Shown here: positions 52,601-64,000 of the stretch, in pieces
How positions within the stretch are numbered: the first letter of the stretch is position 1
Layout: each line of letters starts with the position of its first letter
NCBI GenBank assembly: GCA_964658305.1
Contig: OZ210885.1
Span: 3,844,001 to 3,908,000 of the forward strand
Length of the DNA: 64,000 nt
DNA from: Leptogorgia sarmentosa
Lineage: Eukaryota
Direction of reading: 5' to 3'
Notes under the pieces: model-generated
What the model was told of the DNA's origin: nothing
What the model saw: the letters and a program-made list of their open reading frames with translations, nothing else
Databases searched by the model: none
Made by a program: the position numbers and the translations under genes

Positions 52601-52978
52601 TGGAATTTCACCAAAAAACAACAATCATGTCTCCCTCGCTATTTTGCCGTGGTTCTGTAACACCTGCAGGGGGTATTTTATTGTTTTAGTTACAACCTTC
52701 TTTTTCAATTTTCAGGAACGGCTGGTGATTCTTTTGAATTGCAACGTGGCATGCCCTTCAGCACTCGTGATGTAGATAACGATATTTGGGGCAAACATTG
52801 CGCTGTCGACTTTAAAGGAGCTTGGTGGTATGCCGCATGTCACGAGTCGAATCTGAATGGCTTTTATTACAACGGCTCGCACACGTCGTACGCTGATGGC
52901 GTCAACTGGAGGACGTGGAAGGGATTCAATTATTCGTTGAGGAAAACCGAAATGAAACTCAGACCATCTGGATTTTAG
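49688..52978 (+). CDS. G7: signal peptide + PAN/apple (type B) + FReD, about 348 aa
   Basis: Exons 49688..49811, 50297..50529, 51136..51184, 51776..52153 and 52716..52978. Total 1047 nt in frame. Confidence 0.88.
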
Positions 52979-54093
52979 CACGCATGTGCAATTTTTATCA
53001 CTTTATAAAAAGGATCAGTTTAAAAGTGGGGGGAAAGTGGGGAGGGATGAAATTGTTAATATCCCATTCGTACTTAACTTCGCGTGACTTTAATTTCGCG
53101 ATTTTCGCGATTGGAAAAAAATCCCGTAATAAAAGTCACGCGAATAAAAATCCCCGCGAAATTTACACACGCGAAATGAAATGCTCTAGTCAAAAATTGA
53201 AAAATATTCAATTATAAATGTCTCGATGAATACGATCAATCACACTTGATGAAGTTCGGAATATGCGGTCCAGTGTTGGTACGAAAGAACCTTTCCTGGA
53301 AGATCAGTTTTTAAAATCTTGATATGTCTAATAAGTTTTATACGACAAGAAAAAACATTATGGACTCAAAGTACCCCATACATTTTGTTGCGGTTCTGAC
53401 TTGCTTCAAACTTTTAAATTAAATATTAAGCAACTATTATAAATGATTTTCAGGAAAACTGTATTTTAAACGTCAATACTTGTTTTAGTTGTTTACACGT
53501 TTATACCTAAAATGGTTGTTGATCTAGCTTGTGCATCTTTATTCATCGCAAAAACAAATGTTTTCTGCTATCTTGTTGTTTTGGTTTTGCTACTAGTATA
53601 GGCTATCACAAATAGAATGCTAGTATAGCTCAGCCAATCAAAGTGCAGAATTTGTAAATATCCTATTTGTTTAATTGTCGGATGGCCTCCTATTGTGGCA
53701 AAATCAAAACAACTATATATGCCGGAAAACGAATTTATTTTAGCAGTGTTTCGGTAGAATTTTGCGAGGAATGTAACTTCCCAAGAGGCGAAAAGGCTAC
53801 TAAGTGTGGCCTGAAAACTTGTAGAAATAAAAGACGAAATTTAAACCATATGGTAACAATAAATTTACTTTAATTTACGAAAAATATTGCGCTATATACA
53901 GATACAGATAACCGAATTGCTGAACACATGCAAGCGATCTTGCTAAAATTATAATTGCTCATAGTTGTATAATCAAAATTATTGTAATCATATTAATTAC
54001 AGCTCTAAATTAAACGTTTCATACACTTCGGGATTTCCCGCCAAAAACGACATTTTGCCTAAAATTTTCGGATTTTGCCTAAAATTGTTTATT

Positions 54094-54388
54094 TAACAAT
54101 TAGATTACGGGCTCGAGATTTCTATGAGGTGATAGTTGATGAGGGCGAAGCCCGAATCAACTATCATCTCGTAGAAATCGAGAGCGAATAATCTAATTGT
54201 TTTAGTAGAATCAGAGATCAAACATGAAAATATTGCAAAAAGTAATTTAAAAACACGTCTCAGAAGACATTTTCTTGAACGAAAATTCACATATTTTGCT
54301 ACTCGCTATCTATCGAGGAATAGATATCGAGTAGAGTAGCCAATCAAATTGCAGCATTTGCAATAGTATACGAGTATGATTCTACTAA
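54094..54388. mobile_element. Non-autonomous element with a terminal palindrome
   Basis: AACAATTAGATT...GATAGTTGATGAGGGCGAAGCCCGAATCAACTATC...AATCTAATTGTT; empty site TGTTTATATACTGTTAG at ~48317 and ~19426. Confidence 0.7.
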
Positions 54389-55758
54389 ATACTGTTAGTA
54401 TTGGTCTTGTCACTGGCTCTGTCTAATGCGCTGTCCTTCCAAATAATCCATACGTGCTTTGCGGTCTCGATTAGAATTTAGAAAATAGCTAATTTTCCAT
54501 TACAGCGTATAGGAGTTTTAATTTCGGTACATTTAAATGATAAATTGCATCTCACTCAAAGTAAATACATTGTAATTTTTAATATATTTTAGGAATCGTC
54601 TTTGCAAGTCTAATGCATTTGAATATTAAAACATACCGAAAAATAATTTAATTCACTTTTGTGCACACGAATTCATAAAACATCAGTCTTATTAAACAAC
54701 AGCTGCTTAAGTAACGAGGACAATTGCAGTGGAAATATTATACTAACTTTGGTGAGTTTATAGTGTTGTAGTACATTTCTATTCAGTACACTTCAATATA
54801 GTTATTTTCATACTCAGCTGAAAGTTCTCTTGAATTCAATGTGATATTTTTTTGGAGACAAGAGCAATATACAAAACTACGACAACCGATGTAAGCTTCT
54901 CAGTCCAATAGAAATGTTTCACAATGAAACATCTGTGAAGAAGAAATATAGAATTGTGTGCAATGGATTTTTGCTGTTTTCATTCTCAACTTCAGCTAGG
55001 TTTCCGAACGAAGTGAAAGATAATTTTTTTAAGCTATAGTAACAATTTAATTTTAAAACAACAAGACTCGTACACGCAATTCCGTTATATGAATATAGTC
55101 AATATTCACGTCCAGAGTGTCCCAAAATAACCAAGCCGACATAAGTTATTCGTGTATTCGCTGAAATTATTATTCACAACTGTACAATTAACATACGAAA
55201 CCGAGTTCAAAAATTGATTGTTTTATTATTTATTTAAAAATATCAAAACAAGCCTGTAACTCAAAGTTCTTCGCTATATTTTGGGGAAAACAACTTTGCT
55301 TTCAAATTCTTTGGGCAAATCTGTGGAAAAGGCATTTGTATTAAAAAAACCAATTCCTTAGACCTCACGCAGTGCTTATGCCATGCATTAACCATGTGGA
55401 CATATAATTGTATATACTCTGCCAGAAAGTCTCTCCAACGCGTGTTCGCTGCGATTTCTAGTGCAATTTTCACCTGTTTCAGGTGAGGAAGCACGCACTC
55501 AGCACATTCGTTATTCACTCATTCACATCCATCAAAAGGAGAAAATCGCAGCAAAAAATCGCTCGTAGGAAACGTTCAGTTTAACACAAATAATAAAATT
55601 AATTTACACACATAAAAGGTGGATAAATCGCACCTTAACTATTGAGTTAACAATACAGTATTGCATAACTCGTTTTTTCTTTTCTTTCATAGGAATAAAC
55701 CGATCTGTCTAACTGATTATCTCTTAAATCGTAAACTCGCAATTATCGGAAGGCAAAG

Positions 55759-58700
55759 ATGCATACAAAGTTCAATGTGTTCATCTTTTTCATTGCATGT
55801 ACATTACGGGCTGTAATTGTCGCTGACGAAGACCAAGAACTGCAAACAAAAACATTTTCGAATTTTTGTTTCGATTCAAATCTCGAGGGTAAGTATATAC
55901 GTGCTGTGAAATCACCAAACAGCGACGGCATATCGATAATTCGCGGCACATACGTCATACAGGGTGTCCCAAAAAAAACACAACGAGTATTGAACATAAT
56001 CTATTGTCATAATTTCAATTGCCTAATACTAGGCTGAATGTGCGCTTTACAATAAGATATTTTAATTTGTGAATACGACAATGCTTGTATATGCACCTGT
56101 CAATATTTCACACTCTTCCCATTCAGCTTATAGTGCTAGGCTATTGAAATTATGACAATGCATCATTTTCAATACTCATGCAGTTGCCCTTTTGGGGGAC
56201 ACCCTCACACAATTTGAACACAACTTGATTTCAAAAGAAATTAGTATAGCTAATGAGAACACGAATTTGTGAATATTCTTAAATATATGGAAAGCCATAG
56301 CTGAAAGCACCGCGTATAATGTTGAAAGCACCGCGTATAATGCTTAAAACACTGCGTATAATGTCTAATGCTCAGCGTATAATGTCTAATGCGCCGCTTA
56401 TAATGCTGAAAGCACCGCGTATAATGTTCAGTGCACAGTGTATAATATTAAAAGCACCACATATAATGCTGAACACGCCACTTATAATGTTAAAAGGACC
56501 GCGTGTGATAGTGGAAACATCGAATAAAGTAACGTTTGATCACTTATTAAAGACAGCTATGGCTTTCCATATAAATAAATTGCAAAATTAGCTAAATAAA
56601 TTGCAAAGCACTAACTTGATCGTGACGTTCAATGTTCATATTTAATTTGTAGGTTACAGACTCAATGTGACAATTTTGATGACAAAAGTGGTGTCTGACT
56701 GGCTTGCCTGTATATTAGAATGTGTCACAGAGCCTTGCTGTCGATCAATCAATTATAAAAAGAAATTGATAGCTCAGAATGAATGGAATTGTGAAATGTT
56801 GCATAATACGGTCCACAACTCTTCTCAGAAATCTTTACAAGCAAATTTTTCTTATGACCATGTTTATCTCAGTAATCCTCAAAAGGTAAAAATAATTCAC
56901 TATACGTATAGCTACCTATTTCGGAGTCTGGCGTATGTAATCGAGTGAACACGCGCGAGAAAATAGCATTTCCAATTACGGTTCAAACTTAACACGCAGA
57001 GGAATTACATACAGAGTCTGACTGTTGTACCCACTTTTTTGCGCGCATGCTCGGCAAGTTACTTGATGCGTGTATCTGATTGGATGACGACCAAATTTGA
57101 ACTTGCCGAGTTGATCATATTTTAGCCAGGCCGCATTAAAAAAGTGGGCACATGAAAATGCCACTTTTTAATATTTAGTTAAACCTCTGTCTGATTTAAT
57201 ATTTGGTTAAACCTCTGTGATCTTTAACAAAGTAGAATGATGGCGTCAACACTATTTTGCATACGCCAGAATGCGAATCGTGCCCGACAAATCGTAGCGT
57301 GTAAACGTATCTTAAAAGTGCACATATTCAGATTCATATTACTGTTGACCCTAACAAAGTGTAAAGATCAAGATAATATGAAAAAACCACCATTGATATC
57401 TTTTTGTCTGTTTGTATACTACACGAATGTAAAAAAACATTAGTTGTAAATATTTTTTGTCAGATGTATTTGATGGAGTTCTAGAAATAATCTTCCAAAA
57501 TTTAAAATAACATCAACACTTCCGTCGAGTTCTGATTTATGTTTGATGTGAATGAGTTTGATGCCATAAAATCGATGCCAGTCTATACTCTCGACTTATC
57601 TTTCCAGTCTCCCAGGATTTACAACATCACCGAACAGTTTTGTGCTCCTTATTTCGTATGAAAGCTGTTTCACGCGAAACAGCATTTAGAATAAGATTAT
57701 CCAAGTATAAATTATTGGTGTCCATTTATAGGAATACAATGAAAGCTGCTTTTCGAAGGTCCTAAATGGCAATATAAAAGGTAAGTGATATACGATGATC
57801 TCTTAGAACCCATTTTGGTTAATTAAAGTACTCTTACTTTTAATTTTCTAAGTAATCACGAACGTGTTGATAGCTGTAATAGACAAACTTAACGATCTCA
57901 AAATTTCAAAATCAGTGAAGTTTGAAAAAGAGGGATATCAGGGCCTGCGCGAACGGAGGGAAAAGGGGGTATTACCCAACCTCCCCCCCCCCCAATGATA
58001 TGGCATATAGTGCCCTATTAATCTTTCCAGTATAATTTGGACATTGAGAGGACAGTAGTAAATTATAGTGGTATTATCACTTATGAATTGGTGTTATCTT
58101 ATTGCTGTTACCAGGGCCTTACGGTAAATATCACGATTGATAACAATAAAAGTCAGGGCTGCCTGAAACTTCTCTCTGGGGCATGGGGCACAATCCCTCT
58201 TTCGGGGTAAGGTAATCTTATGCTGGATCGATTATTGCATTTTGGAGCCCCTCAAAACATAGGTCCGGTGTAAATTGCCCATCCTCCCCAACTGTGCGGT
58301 CGTGATAAAGATTGAATATTGATCACAAAACGTATTTCCTGTGGGCCAGAAACGTCAACAAAATGCGTGCCGTACGCTCAATCGGGAACAGTAGTATATT
58401 CCAGTGGCAGTGGCGCTAGGCCTGTACACGTCGTGGTTTACAAGTTCGATATTCATTTATCTCGGCCTCATGGAGCAGGATTAAGAAGTTCTAGGCGCTC
58501 AGCCTCAGCGCATAGGAGCTTAAAGATCACAAAACTTTTTGTGTTGGGCCCCCTTTAACGTACATTTCTTTATTGATTTATAATTATTTTCCTTTCCATC
58601 CTTCCTATTTTATAATGATATTTCCATCCATGATGCGATGCAAAACACGTGACATCAACATGTGCCCTTTTTATTGAATTGTACCCCCATTATGAAAATG

Positions 58701-61479
58701 GACGCGCCGACCCTGAGGGATATTATAAAATGGGAATATTGTATTGTATTGTATTATGCAAACTTCGCACAATTAACATATTGCCAGGCGAAAGTCATTA
58801 AACAGTCTCATCTATTCTAAGTAAAATCATAGTAGGCAGTAATAACATGAAGCACAGTTGATCGATGAGCAGGTGAATTAAACCGTGTTGATTTAAACCG
58901 TCCTTTTTATCACAGCAAAAGATTGCGCTGATCTTTATAAGAAAGGTAACACAACAAATGGTGTTTATTCCATTGATCCAGACGACAAAGGCGAATTTAG
59001 AGTACGATGTGATATGACGACATCAGGAGGAGGTTGGACGATCATCCAAAGACGTGTTGATGGTAGTGTTGATTTCTACCGCAACTGGACAGATTACAAA
59101 AATGGTTTTGGTGATCCAACAGGCGAATATTGGCTTGGTCTGGACAAAATCAACCGACTAACAAATGTCGGTACAAAAGTTATTCGATTCGACCTTTGGG
59201 ACACAACAGGAAACACAGCGTACGCTGAATACAACTTCTTTGCCATCGCTTCAGAAAATGCCAAATATAAATTGACTTTGGGTACATATTCAGGTATACA
59301 TATACTGTAGCTTATTGAATGGTATGACATGCAATAGGGCCTGGTATTTTACGAGTTTCGTACCCGCAGGGCGTGGAAAAATGCGAGAAACGAGTAAAAT
59401 ACCAAGCCGTATTGCATGTCAAACATTCATGTCATTCATTTATTATACGGCACTCAACTGTATTTCTGATAATTTAGCATTAAATAACTTATATTTCGAT
59501 AAATTTCAAACCAGTATATTAGAGTGCATTACGGCGAGTGCAATACGGCTGGGTATCTGCACTCTGTTTTGCCCTTATATGGTAAAATGACGTCATTGTC
59601 GTATAATAATTCATGATAACACAGTTTAATGAAAGAGACAATGGTTGACACTGCATATTATATGAATTCCAGTTAATATCTGGAGTGAAGACTCAATGTA
59701 AGCGAATATACTTTAGGATGTGTGAACGACTAAACCAGCACGAATGTTCAAATGAAGAAACATTTACCCGGAACATTCAATAAAGGGTTGATTAAACTCT
59801 TTCACAGTCATGAAAAGAAAACGCCCTGGAAATCGCAGCGATCAAAATTGCAACTGTGGTGTAAACGGGTTTAAGAATGGCAGAAATTCAAAGCTATGAG
59901 ATGTAAATCTTGCTCGCGGTCGACATAACCACCAAGGACTGAGATTGTCGTCTTATACAGCGTGTATAAAAAAGACGCAATCCTACGTTCAAATGCAATT
60001 TTCATAACGAAAAGAAATAGAAAATAGGCTATATTTACCACTGTTAGAAAGTTCTATCATTCCGCTTTCTTAAGACTGCTAAAGTTGAGTTGGAAACGAG
60101 CGAATAATGTTATTTTTAGTAAGTGCGATTGGACAATTTAAAATTTGAGATAGCTCAATTGAATTTCATTAAAAATTTAATTAACTTTAGTTGGTTACAA
60201 TCATTCAACGTGGCCGCCATTTCTCAGCACACACAAATCACTTCGACATTGCATTTCCCGTGCAACTCGTCTTATTAGTTCATGATTTCCATGTAAAGCA
60301 TCTGCTTCAAGCTGCATCTGCCGGTATTTACGTACGTTACGCCAAACGGTCGTCGAATTTGGGACGTTTCGATCCGGGAAAGCTATTCGAAACAATCTTA
60401 AAACTTCCTGAATACTTTTTGTTACAAAGTAATTTTCAACAATAAAGGTTCTTTCTGCTGTAGTGAGCTGTGGCATGATGCCTAAGACTTTAAAATGATT
60501 TAGCGAAAATATTTCAAACAAAATATTCGCATGCAACGATAACGTCCCCTTCGGAATTAAGAACGTCGAATTCGAAGCATCTAAAAATGACTGCTTTGAA
60601 GTCCTAAATGGCCTAAAAAGTCACAATCAACCACTTATTGAGTAGAAAAAAGATAGGGCTAAAACATGAACTAAAAGTTAAGACATGGAAATCTATATTA
60701 TTTTGGTTATAAAGCCTTAAACTTGGATTGCGTTTTTTTATACACTCTGTATCACGCTTTCAATTCTCGCCATGTTGGCTTCACTTCTATAAAAGTAAAA
60801 CGAATAAAGTTATCACTACAGCTTTTTGATGTTATTTTTGACTGGGCGCGACTGGTTGTCATGTTATAATAATACCTAAGCTACTATATAAAACATTCCC
60901 ATTTCACATTGTCTTGTAAATTAGATAAGGTTAGGACACAGAGGAGTTACATGCAGAGGTCTAACTGTTGTACTCACATTTTTTGTGCGCATGATCGGCA
61001 AGTTACTTGATGCATCCATCTGATTGGACGAGGACCAAATTTGAACTTGCCGAGCATGCGTCGTCGATCTATTTTTGCAACGACACATTAAAAAATGAGG
61101 GTACATGAAAATACCACATTTTAAGATTGAGTTAGACCTCTGTATCTATACTCCGTGGTTAAGATGTGCAGTTTTTTATTACTTAAGTTACCAGCTTTTT
61201 TTTCAATGTCTAGGAACGGCTGGAGACTCTTTTGGATTCCAACGTGGCATGGCCTTTAGCACCCGGGACATAGATCACGATGCCAATCCAAACATTAATT
61301 GTGCGGTGAACTTCAAAGGAGCCTGGTGGTATAACAAATGTCACAATTCAAATTTGAATGGCTTTTATTACCTTGGCACGCACACGTCGTACGCTGATGG
61401 CGTGAACTGGAAGACGTGGAAGGGACTCCATTATTCGTTGAAGAAAACTGAAATGAAACTCAGACAATCTGAATTCTAA
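55759..61479 (+). CDS. G8: signal peptide + PAN/apple (type B) + FReD, about 351 aa
   Basis: Exons 55759..55888, 56653..56885, 57732..57780, 58916..59293 and 61214..61479. Total 1056 nt in frame. Confidence 0.88.
56286..56571. mobile_element. MITE filled with a 21-bp minisatellite
   Basis: TIR TATGGAAAGCCATAGCTG / CAGCTATGGCTTTCCATA, about ten units resembling GCTGAAAGCACCGCGTATAAT, and duplicated TAAATA flanks. Empty site in G4 at ~22100. Confidence 0.85.
59310..59610. mobile_element. Non-autonomous element with a terminal palindrome in the G8 FReD intron
   Basis: TGACATGCAATA..GGTATTTTAC...GTAAAATACC..TATTGCATGTCA hairpin, ending TATAATAA; absent from the G4 intron. Confidence 0.55.
59958..60749 (-). 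mobile_element. Internally deleted Tc1/mariner (maT/DUF4817-type) element
   Basis: TA|CAGCGTGTATAAAAAAGACGCAATCC ... GGATTGCGTTTTTTTATACACTCTG|TA. The minus-strand ORF has an HTH-like [17 protein letters not shown]...FPDRNVP...W fused to the C-terminal ...[10 protein letters not shown]. Confidence 0.8.
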
Positions 61480-61611
61480 CATGCATGTAAAATTTTGACT
61501 TGATGAATTATTGTTAGTATAGATAATACTATGGGTATGAGTTACCCATTGTGACCAGGCGCATAGTTCTAAATTTAGATCACCGGATTGAAGTCGCAGA
61601 GAGCACTTATT

Positions 61612-62075
61612 AGAGAGCTTACGCAAGGACGAATTTTGACGGACGACGTCGACTTTTCGACAGGATGTGACGTAATATTTGAAATGAGCATGCGTCGTGG
61701 CAGGCTGGAAGGCGTCCTTCGCGAGTCGACATCGTCCAAAGGCCATTTTCGAAGGCGTCGTAAAGCATACGGATTTTTCGATTCGTTTATGTCATAGAGA
61801 TGAAGAAACTCTTCGTCATTAATATAATTTTGATCGTGACGGAGTAGTAAGCAATCTCTAACCACTCGTAATTTCGGCATGTTGACAAAATTGTAATAAA
61901 AAGATAAGGCGTCAAAGATAATTATACAAAAAATCACAAGTCACAACTGTCAACCTGACGACGTCCACGTAACATTAACAATCAATTCAAACGTCGCGCG
62001 ATGGACGACGTCATCATCGATTATGACGTTATCAAGACGTCGTCGTCCAGTGAAGTCGAGCCTGCGTAAGCTCCT
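61612..62075 (-). mobile_element. Internally deleted Harbinger-like element
   Basis: Ends GAGCTTACGCA..GGACGACG / CGTCGTCC..TGCGTAAGCTC. Minus-strand MPKLRVVRDCLLLRHDQNYINDEEFLHLYDINESKNP resembles N-termini of DDE_Tnp_4-type transposases (recalled, not searched). Confidence 0.6.
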
Positions 62076-62692
62076 TAATAACATAGGGTTAGGCTACCTG
62101 GAGGTTCGTAAACTTCCGAACGTGCGGCGATCGTCCCCGATGAACTTCGACACGACATTACCTAATGTATTAAGTATTGTATTTCCGAAGAAAAATACCG
62201 AAGAACACCCGAGCGTCAAGGTAGCATGACCCTATGTTATTAAGTGCTAAACGTAGCTTTAATTAATTTAATAACTAAGTTTCTTCTCTACCAGTAGACG
62301 CATGCACGCCACAGCGTACCTATTTTTCTTCGTTTTTTTCAACATCCCAGACATTATGAAAGTGTTAAAAAGCAAAAATAGTCAAGGAAGAAACGAAAAA
62401 AATTTGCGTGAAATATAGAATTTTAAATGAATAATAATGTTGCTAATACCAGTATTTAAATAGTGGCTGTCGTAAAACATTTTTTGCACGCTGCGAGAAT
62501 ACCAGATTTTCAATTAGTGATATCTCAATTAATGCACGTTATTAGGTTTCTATCTGTATGCGATATACATTCTAGTATAGTCGATTATCGATAGTTTTTT
62601 TTCAGCATGAATGTTGCAAGCGTCATGTATTTCAGTATTTGGCGCACACGCGCGCGAAATTCATGACCCGTCACGCATGATCAGGTATTTTC

Positions 62693-63061
62693 GCCTCGTA
62701 CCCAGGCGCTTCTTAAGGCTGCTTTCCAGTTACGCGTTTTCATACGTACGTGTACGCGCGTAAAAAGTCTATACCCCTATGTATTTTATATATAAGATAC
62801 ATTTAAAAACACATACTACATATCATACGACTACAAAGTACGAGATTCTTTACATTCATTCACGTGATTGTACAGAAACTAACGTTAAAATGAATTTCAA
62901 TTTTTACGTGCGTACACGTACGTATGAAAAACGCGTAACTGGAAACAGCCTTTGGTTTAGAGAGATTAGGAAAGAATCCAAATAAGTATATAGAGATCGG
63001 GCGCGAGCGCGCCTGGCAGTGAACTGGCGCAGGGTGCTAAAGAAGCGCCTGGGTACGAGGC
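62693..63061. mobile_element. Two nested MITEs
   Basis: Outer TIR GCCTCGTACCCAGGCGCTTCTT / AAGAAGCGCCTGGGTACGAGGC. Inner element 62717..62950 has a ~50-bp TIR GGCTGCTTTCCAGTTACGCG / CGCGTAACTGGAAACAGCC. Confidence 0.75.
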
Positions 63062-64000
63062 TATGAATATCTTCGGAAGCAGTCGCGAGCTTTCGACTTT
63101 TGCTGGACAGTACGTTTTCCCAAGATGGCGGCTCTTTATAAGTTATAAGCGAATTTTGGAGTAAGATTTTAATGCGTGCTGCTTTACGATTGCGATAAAA
63201 ACTTAACAATGATGGGGAGCAACTCGATGGAATTAAATATAATCCAGCTGCAGAGTATCATTGACACTGAGTTTGAGAAGGCTAAAACAGGCGGGAAATG
63301 TAATCTGTAAGTTTTTAAATACAGTGTACATGGGTTTAATACTAGTTTTTCCGAATGAATAGGCAATGCGGTGACTACATGTCAGATAGCACAGGAGTAA
63401 TAACACATGCTTGGCGATTTGACATTTATCATTAAAGTTTCGTTTTGTTATTTGTACAAATTGATCCCGATCGTATGACCTCATTCAATACAGTCAATTT
63501 CAGGTCACTTTGCAAAGCGCAGTTCCACGTTTGTTTTGATTATTCCTAATTACATTTGCCAAACTTTAAAACACTGGAGATCGTGAATTTTTGATCTTGG
63601 TATTTCCGTAAACAATTGTGAAATTCGGCTTGGTTCTCACTAGTAAGTGCAACATTTGTAAAAACTGCTATTATTAGTCCGGTATTTATGGCAAAGAAAT
63701 TAACACAACAATGTTCTAGAGTCTTTATGAATCAAGCAGACTACAGAGTTAAGCATCTAAATTCAGCACAAGGCAAGCCAAATGTTAAAAACAATGAGAA
63801 TTCGAGATTTGGAGGCAGATCAAGCAACAAAAATTATTTAAAATTACATGTCATTTGTTTGGAAGAGTGTAATTCCCATGCTCATAGAAATAATAGATAT
63901 AGAATGCTCACTTGGTCACAGATCATGTCTCCACCTTTTACATGGTGGCCCTTACATAGCTGCCATTTTGAATTCAGCCAGGAGTGAGTGGTCTGAAGTG

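Noticed and set aside
56319..56591. ORF with a 7-aa repeat (MLKAPRI)
   Set aside because: It is a translation of the 21-bp minisatellite inside a MITE. The array has no unique spacers, so it is not CRISPR-like either.

Overview
This is AT-rich eukaryotic DNA with GT-AG introns, probably from an anthozoan cnidarian (inference from gene and repeat types). It holds a head-to-tail, all plus-strand array of eight secreted fibrinogen-related-domain (FReD; ficolin/tachylectin-like) genes, G1-G8, plus two FReD fragments. I built the exon models by hand, and all seven complete ones sum to open frames. Three different N-terminal modules join a near-identical FReD exon A through the same phase-1 intron: a short coiled coil (G1, G3), PAN/apple type A plus a Ser/Thr stalk (G2, G5, G6), and PAN/apple type B (G4, G7, G8). 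FReD exon B differs between copies mainly in short loops at the predicted ligand site. An intron of G6 carries an intact intronless SAM-dependent methyltransferase bracketed by two ~500-bp inverted repeats, a composite-transposon-like cassette absent from paralog G5. Other insertions, several confirmed by empty sites in paralogs, include a mini-Polinton with a 6-bp TSD, a MITE carrying an antisense FReD fragment, and deleted Tc1/mariner and Harbinger-like elements.
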